From: Acidobacteriota bacterium
GTDB taxonomy: Bacteria > Acidobacteriota > UBA890 > WLXD01
Reading direction: 5' to 3'
DNA: 64,000 bases
Assembly (NCBI GenBank): GCA_965205505.1
Contig: CBDBHB010000008.1
Coordinates: 416,001-480,000, forward strand
Shown: one piece after another, positions 46,728 to 56,519 of the stretch
How the letters are laid out: each line of letters begins with the position of its first letter
Numbering within the stretch: the stretch's first letter is position 1
Position numbers and translations under genes: made by a program
The notes under the pieces: model-generated
Databases searched by the model: none
The model's input: only the letters and a program-made list of their open reading frames with translations
Told to the model about the DNA's origin: nothing

Positions 46728-47168
46728 GACGTCGTAAACCAGCCGATTGGCGTCGCCGAAGAAGTCGTTGGCCGTGAGCACCTGGGCGGCCGCGTTCAGC
46801 GCCTCGTTGTCGAGCAACACCGCGCCCAGGATCGAGCGCTCCACCTCGACGTTGTGCGGCAGCGCGCGCTCCTCGTGCCGTGTCCGGACTTGACGCAGCC
46901 GCCCCACTACGCGACCTCGCCTCGGTCGCCGACACGGGCGACGGTACCGTTTGAGTCCGTTGGGCTGTCGAATGTCCAGACCCCGGCCCCCTAGGGCCTC
47001 CAGAACCGCCTCCTGCGTGCATCCGGCGTGACAGTGCACCAGCACCTGCCCGTCGCGCTCTGTCGCGCTCAGGCTCGGGTTGCGGTCCTCGTGCGCCGGG
47101 CAGGGGTCCATGCCAGGTCCATTGGATCGACCCTCGAGCGGGCGGACGATCTGCTCCAGGCTGGCCAC
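46728..47168 (-). pseudogene. Satellite replication gene fragment: CHC2 primase Zn finger plus DnaB N-terminal domain
   Basis: 'CPAHEDRNPSLS...LVHCHAGC'; 'LPHNVEVERSILGAVLLDN...LTANDFF..ANRLVY'. Confidence 0.78.
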
Positions 47169-47169
47169 G

Positions 47170-47394
47170 TCACGTTGACTGCTGGGGAGGGGCAGGTTGA
47201 TCGCCCCCCGGCAGGGCGGTCGGACGGCTCGCTAACCACGCCTCGATGTCCGCCATCCGCCAGGCTACGGCACGGCGGCCGATGCGCACCGGACGGGGAA
47301 ACTCCCCCGCATCCATCGCAGCGTAGATCGCTGACCTGGAAAGTAGCGTGATCCGCTCGACTTCAGGACGCTTGATGAGGACTTGCTGCTCCAT
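47170..47394 (-). CDS. alpA: AlpA-family phage regulator
   Basis: 'LIKRPEVERITLLSRSAIYAAMDAGEFPRPVRIGRRAVAWRMADIEAW'; AGGAGG RBS. Confidence 0.92.
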   Translation of the reverse strand: MEQQVLIKRPEVERITLLSRSAIYAAMDAGEFPRPVRIGRRAVAWRMADIEAWLASRPTALPGGDQPAPPQQST

Positions 47395-47508
47395 GAGGAA
47401 CCTCCTTGGTTTTGGTGGTTCCTCCCACTGTGCAGGGGTACCTCTGGCCTGTCATGAGGTGCGAGTTTCCGAAAACTCGCCCCCACGGCCCGGGGGTGGC
47501 GCAGCCGA

Positions 47509-48168
47509 CTACCGTTTACCCTGCCATATGTCGCGCATGGTGTCGTACGTGCTCACACTGTGATTTCTCTCCTTGAGCACCCCGAGCACGATGTCGCAGG
47601 CGGACGGACGCTCCATCGCGTCGGTAGCCTCATTGCGCTCCGCATGCATGCCACACTCTGTCAGGACGTGGATCGCCCATCGGAGCACGTTATTTCGCTC
47701 GGCCATCTTGGGGGCCGGCCCCTGGCTGCCTTTGCCGCCTTTCGGAGGCGCACGCCGGCCATGCATCACGTCGCCCACCCAACGGTGCAGGGCTTGCCCG
47801 AGTGGACGTTTGCCTTCGGTGCGCGCGAACGTCCACGCCAGTGCGTCCCAATGTACGGGGTTAGTACGTGATCCTTCGGTAGTGGATTCGATATCCTCGC
47901 GCGGGGTGTTGTCTTCGCCCCGAAGAAACAACGCAGCGTACATCCATACGTTGTAGTTGTGGGCGATCTCTGGGTTTCTCCACGACGGGTCCAGGTCGAG
48001 CCACAAGCCCACGAGAGCGCGCGCATCGTCGTTGGAAATGCGCTCTTTCTGCTCAATGAATCGTGTCCGGTGCTTATGGTGCAGCTTGGCGAACTCATCG
48101 TTCCGGGATTTGTCCAGGACGGCACGCACAGGCAACACTGGTTGCCTCGCGCGCTCTTTTTCACCCAT
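47509..48168 (-). CDS. Hypothetical protein between integrase and alpA
   Basis: Open frame in the variable slot of P4-like elements; no recognised motif. Confidence 0.55.
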   Translation of the reverse strand: MGEKERARQPVLPVRAVLDKSRNDEFAKLHHKHRTRFIEQKERISNDDARALVGLWLDLDPSWRNPEIAHNYNVWMYAALFLRGEDNTPREDIESTTEGSRTNPVHWDALAWTFARTEGKRPLGQALHRWVGDVMHGRRAPPKGGKGSQGPAPKMAERNNVLRWAIHVLTECGMHAERNEATDAMERPSACDIVLGVLKERNHSVSTYDTMRDIWQGKR

Positions 48169-48472
48169 GAGGCAGCACCGGCACGATGGTCTGGATCGGG
48201 GCGGGCAACCTGGAGTGCGGCCCGGGCCCACTGATCGATGGGGACAGCAGCATCAGGCCCAGGATGACGGCCGGAATCAGCGTCAGTGCACGGCCCGAAA
48301 GGTTGATCCTGGGCGAGCGGAGATCGCCCATCCGCACGTTGCCGAGCTCACCTCTGTCCATATCATCTCTCCGTAGGCACGGGGGCGGTGGGGTAGACAC
48401 GTCTTCAGGGTAGCGTGCGTGGCCGTGTGCCAACCCACTTCAGCAGGCAGGGAACCGACCCGGTACTGCTCC

Positions 48473-49510
48473 CTAGACAGGGCGCAGCATCGGCACCACC
48501 TTGCCGCCCTCAGCACTCAGGTAAGCGGCCCAGTCTTCCATCAGCTTCCGGCGCCGCTCCAGCAGGTCCGAGCGCGCATAGGCCGCCTCGGTCGGGTCGC
48601 GCACCGCATGCGCCAGCGCCGCCTCCATGACCGCCCGCGGTGCGTTGGTGCACTCCGCCGCCCAGTCCCGGAACGATGAGCGAAACCCGTGCGGTACCGC
48701 TTCAATACCCAGCTGCCGCAGCACCCGGGAAAGCGTTGCGTCCGCCAGCGGCCTGCCGGCCCGTGCGCCGGGAAACACCAGCCCCTCGCCATCCCTGAGC
48801 CCCCGCGCCTGGCGCAGGATCTCCATTGCCCGGCCCGATAGCGGTACCCGGCGCCGCTTGCGGTGCCGTGGCAGCGCCTGGGTGATCGCCTCACCAGCCG
48901 GGTTGTCGCCACGGTACCCCTGCGCCATGGCCCACTTCATCACCGCACCGATGCGCGCCCGCACCCGCCGTGCGGTCTCGGCCTTGTCATGCCAGATCGG
49001 ACCCAGTACCTCCAACACCTCGGCCGTCGTCACCTCCGACACCGGCATCTCACCGATGCGCCCGTACGCATAGGTGCGCAACTCCGTTTTCCATTGCGCC
49101 GCATACTTGGCGTTGCGCCACCCGGGGCGGTGCATCTCATACACCTTGGCCGCTGCTTGCGCGAACGTCGGCATGCCCTCGGCCCGGCGCTTGTCTGTCA
49201 GCGGGTCACCGCCGGCACGGGCCAGCTTGCGGTTGGCAAATGCCACCTCGCGCGCCTCCGACAGCGACACCAAGGGGTAGCCTCCGAGACCCAGTTCCCG
49301 GCGACGGCCCTGGATCACGATCCGCTGTACCCAGCTGCGCGCTCCGCTCGGGATCACGTTCAGGTACAGGCCGTGTCCATCGCAGTACCGGCCCGGCTTC
49401 ATTACCGTGCGTACGAACGCCGCCGACAGGGCCCGCTCCGGGTGCTTGCCGCTCTTGCGCCGAGGGCTGGGTTTCGGTGCAGTTGCCTGCGCATCGGACA
49501 TATTATGCAT
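48473..49510 (-). CDS. P4-like (IntA) tyrosine integrase with an in-frame internal deletion
   Basis: Arm-binding 'GRYCDGHGLYL...RRELGLGGYP.VSL', 'PHGFRSSFRDWAAE', 'ALAH...AAYARSDL'; segment with the first catalytic Arg missing at 'HRKR|RRVPLS'. Confidence 0.9.
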   Translation of the reverse strand: MHNMSDAQATAPKPSPRRKSGKHPERALSAAFVRTVMKPGRYCDGHGLYLNVIPSGARSWVQRIVIQGRRRELGLGGYPLVSLSEAREVAFANRKLARAGGDPLTDKRRAEGMPTFAQAAAKVYEMHRPGWRNAKYAAQWKTELRTYAYGRIGEMPVSEVTTAEVLEVLGPIWHDKAETARRVRARIGAVMKWAMAQGYRGDNPAGEAITQALPRHRKRRRVPLSGRAMEILRQARGLRDGEGLVFPGARAGRPLADATLSRVLRQLGIEAVPHGFRSSFRDWAAECTNAPRAVMEAALAHAVRDPTEAAYARSDLLERRRKLMEDWAAYLSAEGGKVVPMLRPV

Positions 49511-49614
49511 CCCCCTCTCATTCCGCCATTAAAGGCGGGAATGTAGCGGATTGTCCGGGAACACGCAAGATGGACGAATACTCGTAACTGTCTGACTCTA
49601 CTGATGCTTAGGGA

Positions 49615-50067
49615 CTAATAGGTCAACTCAGGAATGCACCGGATCTGAACGATGGCAGAGATGCCGAGGGCCAGCGACACGATCGCCGTGAGCGAGAACC
49701 CGGGGCTCTGGCGCAGTCGCCGGAGCGCGTATCGCAGATCGCGCGCCAGCACGTAGACAATCGCTTCGCCGGTACGGCCCGAGCGTTCGTCCATGGCGCG
49801 CGACCGGCGGGCGGAGCGCTTGGCGCGGCGGATCAGGTCGGCGGCAATATCGTCGCTGCCGAAGTCCTCCAGCAGATCGTCGACGCTGCGCCCGGACGCC
49901 AGCCCGTCGTCGAAGTGGGCGATCAGCTCGCGCGCCACGTCGACACGCTCGACAGGACGGAGGCCCGGTGACGAAACGGCATTGCGCACGCGTTCGCGCA
50001 GCAGCTCTGGCAACCCGGATGACTCCAGTAGGCGCGCTACATCGCCCAGTTTTTGTTGCATGATCAT
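49615..50067 (-). pseudogene. ADOP permease N-terminal fragment
   Basis: 'ELIAHFDDG', 'RDLRYALRRLRQSPGFSLTAIVSLALGI' cut near 49655. Confidence 0.82.
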
Positions 50068-50090
50068 CGCTCCCCTTCGATGCTGCGCCG

Positions 50091-50435
50091 TCAGCGCTTG
50101 CCTGCCGTATCGACGAGACCGAGCCCTTCCATGGCCTGCACGAGCTGCTGCCACTGCGCCCGATGTGCCTCGAGGTGTTTCCGCCCGGCAGCCGTCAGCC
50201 GGTAGTACTTGCGACGGCGTCCCGACGTGGCGGTCTTCCAGCGGCCCACGATGAGTTTCTTGGCCTCGAGGTTGTAGAGCAGCGGATACAGCGTCGACTG
50301 GCCCATGGCTAGCACTCCATCGGTGCGCGCCTCGAGTGCCTCGACGAGCTCGTATCCGTAGCGTTCCCGCTGCTCGAGCAACGACAGCACCGCCACCGGA
50401 CCGGCGCCACGCATGAGCTCACGTCCTATTCGCAT
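50091..50435 (-). CDS. PadR-family regulator
   Basis: 'YGYELV', 'STLYPLLYNLE', 'RRRKYYRLTAAG'. Confidence 0.93.
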   Translation of the reverse strand: MRIGRELMRGAGPVAVLSLLEQRERYGYELVEALEARTDGVLAMGQSTLYPLLYNLEAKKLIVGRWKTATSGRRRKYYRLTAAGRKHLEAHRAQWQQLVQAMEGLGLVDTAGKR

Positions 50436-50560
50436 GTCTTTCTCCGACTCGGAAGACGGGCCCACGCCGCCCCTGACTCTGACAGACATACTGTGTTACG
50501 CGAGGTATACGTGAAAAGTTTCAGCGTGCGGCGCGCCAAGCTCGCGCCCAATCGAAACCG

Positions 50561-51559
50561 CTAGCGACCGATCGCAAGCACGATCTTTCCGAAGTGGCGG
50601 CTCTGCTCCATGGTCTCGTGCGCCTCGCCGACCTTCTCCAGCGGAAACACCTCGTGGATCAACGGTTCGATGGTGCGATCGGCCAATCGCGGCACCACGG
50701 CTTGGGTGAGCTCGGCGACGATCCGGGCCTTCTCCTGCACCGGGCGCGAACGTAGCACCGACCCGATGATGCGCTGACGCTTGACCATCATGCGCACCAG
50801 GTTGAGCTCGGCTTTGATACCGCCCATCACGCCGATGATGATGAGGCTGCCACCCAGGGCCAAGGCTTTCATGTTGGCCGCCAGGTATTTCGCGCCGATG
50901 TGATCGAGGATCAGGTCGGCGCCCTTACCGTCGGTGTATTCACTCACCTCGGTGGCAAAGTCGTGCTCCGTATAATCGATGACCCGATGCGCTCCGAGCG
51001 CTTCGACGCGCTCGAGCTTCCCCGGCGAGGCGGTCACGATGATCTTGGCGTTCGGTGTGAGCATGCGGCAAAGCTGAATCGCGGCCGTGTTGACGCCGCC
51101 ACCACCACCGTGCAGCAGCGCGGTGCGACCGACTTCGAAGCCGCCGATCAGGAAGATATTGAGAAACGCGGTGATGTACGTCTCGCAGACACAGGCTGCC
51201 TCCTCGAAGCTCATGGTCTCGGGGATGGCGATCAGGTGATCGGCATACGCGGTGGCGTGCTCGGCGTAACCGCCGCCGCCAACCAGGCACATCACCCGGT
51301 CGCCGAGCTTCCAGCCGTCGACCTCGGCACCGACCTCCGGACCGAGCTCCGCGATCGTCCCCGCCACCTCGAGCCCGAGGATCTCCGACTCGCCCGGCGG
51401 CGGCGGATAGTTGCCCTGGCGCTGGGTGATATCGGCGCGGTTGACCGAGCTTGCCATCACCCTGATCAGCACCTGCCCGGGACCGGGAACGGGCCGCTCG
51501 ACCTCACCGACGCGAAGCACATCGGCACCACCGAATCCGTCGAGGAGCACGGCCTTCAT
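50561..51559 (-). CDS. NAD(P)H-quinone oxidoreductase, PIG3 family
   Basis: 'VNRADITQRQGNYPPPPGESEILGLEVAG', 'LHGGGGGV', 'HFGKIVL'. Confidence 0.92.
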   Translation of the reverse strand: MKAVLLDGFGGADVLRVGEVERPVPGPGQVLIRVMASSVNRADITQRQGNYPPPPGESEILGLEVAGTIAELGPEVGAEVDGWKLGDRVMCLVGGGGYAEHATAYADHLIAIPETMSFEEAACVCETYITAFLNIFLIGGFEVGRTALLHGGGGGVNTAAIQLCRMLTPNAKIIVTASPGKLERVEALGAHRVIDYTEHDFATEVSEYTDGKGADLILDHIGAKYLAANMKALALGGSLIIIGVMGGIKAELNLVRMMVKRQRIIGSVLRSRPVQEKARIVAELTQAVVPRLADRTIEPLIHEVFPLEKVGEAHETMEQSRHFGKIVLAIGR

Positions 51560-51647
51560 GGCGCCTGGTCTGCGCCCGGTGCGTTGACGACCCTCTGCGG
51601 CGTCATTCGACGGGTCACTGTGCGCACTCTGCGGGTCGGTGTTCGTG

Positions 51648-52712
51648 TCACTGTGCCGTGCGGTTGGCTTCCAGACGCTGGTCGACGAGCTCGACGATCT
51701 CGTCGACCGTGTCCGACTGCAGACTTTGCTGCTGCGCGATCTGACGAACCAGGCAGTCCACCCGTTCGATGTTCTTGGCGCCGGCGAACAGCGCCCGCGC
51801 CGCCGAAGACGGCTTGCGCAGCCCCTCCGCCGCCTTGGCGTATTTCTCGAACGGAACCATGTCGGCATCGGCCGCGCCCAGCCTGACGCACAGCTGTCGG
51901 GTCCAATCGTAGGTCTGGCGCGACAGCTCGAGGTCGGCGTGCACCGCCTCGCGAATCGGGATCATGTCGTCGCTCCGGATACACCGGTAGTTGCCGGCCA
52001 TCAACATCGACCATTTCGCCAGCGGCACGAATAGGGAATCGTGCACCCTGAGCTTCACCGGCAGCTCGATGGCACCATCGCCTGGGTCGTGGCGGGTGGC
52101 AATGATGTCGGCCTCGATGTTGCGCAACATCGCGGTGTGCTCGTGGGCCTCGAATCGAGTGCTCTTGAAATTGGTCGGCAGACCCACCTGGAGAACGTTC
52201 TTCGGTTCCTCCGGTGGGCGAAACGCCTGCGGGTCGGGGCTGGCGAGCGTCACCAGCCCGGGGTCGAAACCCTCCCAGACACTGGCGTCGGTGTAGCACT
52301 GGATGAGCGGAGCAGTCTCGAGCCCGGGAATCCGCTCCAGGTACGGCAGCGGCGGCATGTTCATGATCGCCAGGCTCGGCACCTTGGCCGCGGCGACGCG
52401 CCCCATCAGCTCGCGAACGCCCGGTGCTCCGTACTGCGCCTCCTGCATGGCAAGCACGACCAGGTCGAACAACCCGGGGTCGGCTTCGTCCGGTGTACAT
52501 GCCCAAAGCTCACCGCCGCATCCCTGCGAGGTGATCTCCACCGGGGTCTCTCGACCCCGGATCGGCAGCCGGACCGTGGTTCCACTGTCGTTGATGAGCT
52601 CGGCGGTCGGCTTGGTACACACCAGTGTCACCGAGTGCCCGGCGAGCAACGCCTTGGTGCCCAGCAACGAGCCGTAGGAAGCGCCCAGAATCAATACGTT
52701 GTATTTCGCCAC
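51648..52712 (-). CDS. Ketopantoate-reductase-like Rossmann-fold protein
   Basis: 'VLILGASYGSLLG', 'DLVVLAMQE'. Confidence 0.7.
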   Translation of the reverse strand: MAKYNVLILGASYGSLLGTKALLAGHSVTLVCTKPTAELINDSGTTVRLPIRGRETPVEITSQGCGGELWACTPDEADPGLFDLVVLAMQEAQYGAPGVRELMGRVAAAKVPSLAIMNMPPLPYLERIPGLETAPLIQCYTDASVWEGFDPGLVTLASPDPQAFRPPEEPKNVLQVGLPTNFKSTRFEAHEHTAMLRNIEADIIATRHDPGDGAIELPVKLRVHDSLFVPLAKWSMLMAGNYRCIRSDDMIPIREAVHADLELSRQTYDWTRQLCVRLGAADADMVPFEKYAKAAEGLRKPSSAARALFAGAKNIERVDCLVRQIAQQQSLQSDTVDEIVELVDQRLEANRTAQ

Positions 52713-52718
52713 AGCTTG

Positions 52719-53966
52719 CTAGATTGCCCCCTGCTCGCGCGCCGCCTCGATTTCGTTGTCATCGAGTCCGACGACGGTCTTGAGAATGTCTTCGGTGTGC
52801 TCGCCCAGCAGCGGCGCGCGTTCGACCTCTGTGGGCGAATCCGACAGCTTTATCGGGTTGCCCACGGTTAGATACGGGCCGCGTTCCGGGTGGTCGACCT
52901 CGACAACGGTTCCCGTCTGCCGCAGGGAAGGCTCGTCGGCCAGCTCCTTCATGGACAGCACCGGGCCACATGGCACGTTCAGCGGGTTGAGCGTGTTCAT
53001 GACCTCCATCTTGTCCTTGGTCATCGTCCATTTCTCGATTTCCGCGAACATCTCGTCGAGCTTGGGCAGGCGCGCGGCCGGAGTGTTCCACTCCGGATCG
53101 TCGAGCCACTCCTCCCGGCCGATCGCCTTGGCAAGCGCCGGGAACGCCGCCGCCTGGGTGATCAGATAGGTATACGCGTCGGGATCAGTCTCCCAGCCCT
53201 TGCATTTGAGAATCCAGCCTGGCTGGCCTCCACCCGAGGCATTACCGGCACGCGGTACGGCGTCGCCGAAGGTGCCGGCCGGATACTGCGGATACTCCGT
53301 TAGCGGCCCATGCGCCAGGCGCTGTTGATCGCGCAGCTTGACGCGACACAGATTCAGCACGGCATCCTGCATGGCACACGAGACCCGCTGCCCCCTGCCG
53401 CTCTTCTCCCGATGCAACAGCGCCGCCAGGATGCCTGCCACCAGGTGCATGCCGGTGCCGGAGTCGCCGATCTGGGCACCGGTTACCGTCGGCACGCGAT
53501 CGATCTCTCCGCTCGTCGACGCCGAGCCACCGGTGCACTGGGCGACGTTCTCGTAGACTTTGCATTCCTCGAACGGACCAGGGCCGAATCCCTTCACCGA
53601 GGCGTAGATCATGCGCGGATTGAGCTCCTGGAGCTTCTCCCACGGGAAGCCCATGCGATCGATTGCACCGGGTGCGAAGTTCTCCACCAGCACGTCGCAT
53701 TCCTCGATCAGCCTGGCGAAGATCTTGTTGCCCGCTTCGGTCTTGGGATTCAACGTGATGCTGCGCTTGTTGGCGTTGAGCATGGTGAAGTACAGGCTGT
53801 CCACGTCGGGAATATCGCGCAGCTGTCCGCGCGTCGCGTCACCGGAGCCCGGCCGCTCCACCTTGATGACGTCGGCGCCGAACCACGCCAGGATCTGGGT
53901 GCACGTCGGTCCTGACTGCACATGGGTCATATCGAGGATACGAACACCATCCAGAGCTCTTCCCAC
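52719..53966 (-). CDS. frc: Formyl-CoA transferase (class III CoA transferase)
   Basis: '[14 protein letters not shown]', 'DSLYFTMLN', 'KVYENVAQC', 'AQIGDSGTG', '[12 protein letters not shown]'. Confidence 0.92.
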   Translation of the reverse strand: MGRALDGVRILDMTHVQSGPTCTQILAWFGADVIKVERPGSGDATRGQLRDIPDVDSLYFTMLNANKRSITLNPKTEAGNKIFARLIEECDVLVENFAPGAIDRMGFPWEKLQELNPRMIYASVKGFGPGPFEECKVYENVAQCTGGSASTSGEIDRVPTVTGAQIGDSGTGMHLVAGILAALLHREKSGRGQRVSCAMQDAVLNLCRVKLRDQQRLAHGPLTEYPQYPAGTFGDAVPRAGNASGGGQPGWILKCKGWETDPDAYTYLITQAAAFPALAKAIGREEWLDDPEWNTPAARLPKLDEMFAEIEKWTMTKDKMEVMNTLNPLNVPCGPVLSMKELADEPSLRQTGTVVEVDHPERGPYLTVGNPIKLSDSPTEVERAPLLGEHTEDILKTVVGLDDNEIEAAREQGAI

Positions 53967-54267
53967 GGGTGCCTCTTTTCGTCGGGTTCTGGGGTCGCCT
54001 GTCGTGCGTCGAGTGCTGCGAGCGCAGCGTGCCGCTCGGCCGCGGCCACGTCAAGCACCGACCTGAGCTAGGTCACGTCGTCCGTCCGGAGCACGTAATC
54101 GACGCGAGGGTCCCGTTCCTTGACAAGTACCTGGGGCCGGTGAAGTAGCGGAGCTATCGCGGCCCCGGGCCGCGCCGCCAGCCCAGGTTGCATCCTCGGC
54201 GGCCCACAGCCGTCGTGAATACAAACGGCTTCCCGTACATTTGACATCGTGACCGCGCAGTCCGATC

Positions 54268-56519
54268 ATGCCGGGCTCAATGTCGGGAAGCCGAAGAGAC
54301 AGTTGGAGGGGGGACTCGAGCCGGCAGCGCTGGCTTGCCGGGACCTGCGCGCTTACAGCGGCGCTGGGGCTTCTGGTCGCGCTGAATCCCGCATCCCCGG
54401 TAACGGCCCAGGGGTTACCCGTTGTACGCATCGGCTTGGTGCTCGACGCGCCGACCGACATCGAGGGCATTGCCGATCTCATGCGCGGCGAGATCATCGC
54501 GCTGAACCGTCGTGACTTCGACATACGCTTCCCGGAGGACAAGACCCTCGACGGTAACTGGACGGCTTCGGGGGCGGTGGCGGCGCTCGATCGGCTGTTG
54601 GCCGACCCCGAGGTCGACATCGTGCTCACCATGGGAGTGCTGGCCGCCAGCGAGCTGGCTCGCCGGGAGGACTTCCCCAAGCCGGTCATTGCGCCGTTCG
54701 TGATCGATCAGGAGCTGCAGGGTTTCCACCCGCAGGTGGGACGCCGACCGGACGGCCGCACGATCCGGGTGAGCGGTATCGATAACCTCAACTACCTGAT
54801 TCCGCCGTGGAACACCGACCGTGACCTGTTCGAGCTGCGTCGTATCACGGGCGTTCGATCGCGTCGCGCTGCTCATCGATGAGCGCTTGGTCGCCGGTCT
54901 GCCAGCGCTACAGGAACACGTGCGGCTAGCGGCTGAGGCCCGCAGCTACGATCTGCAGGTGGTTCCGGTGACCGACGACATCCCGGCCACGGTGGCCGCC
55001 ATTCCGGATGACGTCCAGGCGGTCATGGTCGGCTTCATGGGGTACCTGTCGGACGAACAGTTCGCCGCGCTGTCGGGCGGCCTGATCTCGCGTCGGCTGC
55101 CGAGCTACGCGGTCTTCGGGCGCCCCGACGTGGAGCGCGGGTTGATGCTCGGCGTAGCGCCCGGGTCGGACTTCCAGCGCATCGGGCGACGTGTGGCGAT
55201 CAACATCCAGCGAATCTTGCTGGGCGAGAACGCCAGCGAGCTATCGATCGACCTGGCACAAAACAACGACGTGACGTTCAACATGGCCACGGCGCGGGCG
55301 ATCGGCTATTCGCCCACGTTCGAGCTGCTCACCGAGGCTACCGTGCTGTTCGAGGAGCGCCTCGATCTGGCACGCGAGATCACGCTGGCGCAGGCGGTGC
55401 AAGAGGCGCTCGAGCACCAACGCGAGCAGCTGCGGCTCGATGTGATCGCCGAGGCCGCCATAGCTTTTCTCGACGTACTCCGCGCCGGAACGGGCGAGGG
55501 CGTGCGCAAGCAGAACCTGTCGCTCACCCGCACCAACCTCGACCTGTCGCGGGTTCGCCAGAGCATCGGCACTGCCAACCCGGCCGAGGTGTTCCGCTGG
55601 GAAAGCCAGGTGGCCACCGAGCGCAGCCAGGTGATCAGCGCCAGCGCCCTGCGCAACCAGGCCGAGATCGCCCTCAACCGCATTCTCAACCGGCCGCTCG
55701 AGGAGAGCTTCCGCGCCGTAGACCAGGGCATCGGCTACCAACCCGTTGGAAAGCGACGAGTCGGCGGCGCTGCGAACGCAGCTCGACCCCTATCTCAACG
55801 ACCAGACCAGCTTCAGCATCTTCCGTGACTTCATGGCCCTGGAGGCCCTGCGCGACTCCCCAGAGCTAGCCCAGCTCGACGCCTTCATCGCCGCCCAACA
55901 GCGCGTGCTGCGCGGTGCCCGCCGGGCTTTCTGGGCGCCGACGGTTGGCCTGTCGGGGCAGCTGTCACAGGTGCTCGGCCGGGGCGGCGCCGGTGATCCG
56001 GCGTCGAGCGGTGTCGAGTTACCCTTCACTTTCCCGGTGCCGGGAAACAACAGCTGGAGCCTCGGTATTTCCGCGAGCCTGCCGCTGGTGACCGGCGGAT
56101 TTCGTATCAGCGAACGGCAGCGCGCCTTGTACGAGCTCGATCGACTCAATCTCGAGCGCCGTGCCACCTCAGAGCGCATCGAGCAACGTGTTCGGTCGGC
56201 CATGCACGCTACCCGCGCTTCGTTCGCCGCCCTCGAGCTAACCCAGCAAGCGGCCCTCGCCGCGGGACGTAATTTCGATCTCGTACAAGACGGCTACTCA
56301 CAGGGTGTGGCCGACATTATCGACCTGCTCGACGCACAGAACGCCGCTCTGGTGGCTGACCTGGGCGCGGCCACCGCCGTCTACGACTACCTGATCGACT
56401 TGGTGAGCGTCGAGCGCGCGGTGGCTAAGTTCAACCTGTTCTCGAGCCATCAAGAGGCGCGTGACTTCCTACGACGCTTGAACGATTTCTACGACCAGAG
56501 CACGGAGTCCCAACGATGA
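54268..56519 (+). CDS. TolC-family outer-membrane factor with an N-terminal ABC substrate-binding-like domain; frameshifts near 54850 and 55745
   Basis: 'RILLGENASEL...FNMATARAIG', 'QNLSLTRTNLDLSRVR', 'YSQGVADIIDLLDAQN' over three frames. Confidence 0.8.

Noticed and set aside
46422-46994. True antisense overlapping genes (helicase tail versus primase tail)
   Set aside because: Both extensions are read-through past a deletion junction and have no recognisable domains.
46728-49510. Complete prophage
   Set aside because: No capsid, terminase, tail or lysis genes; only a satellite-like core.
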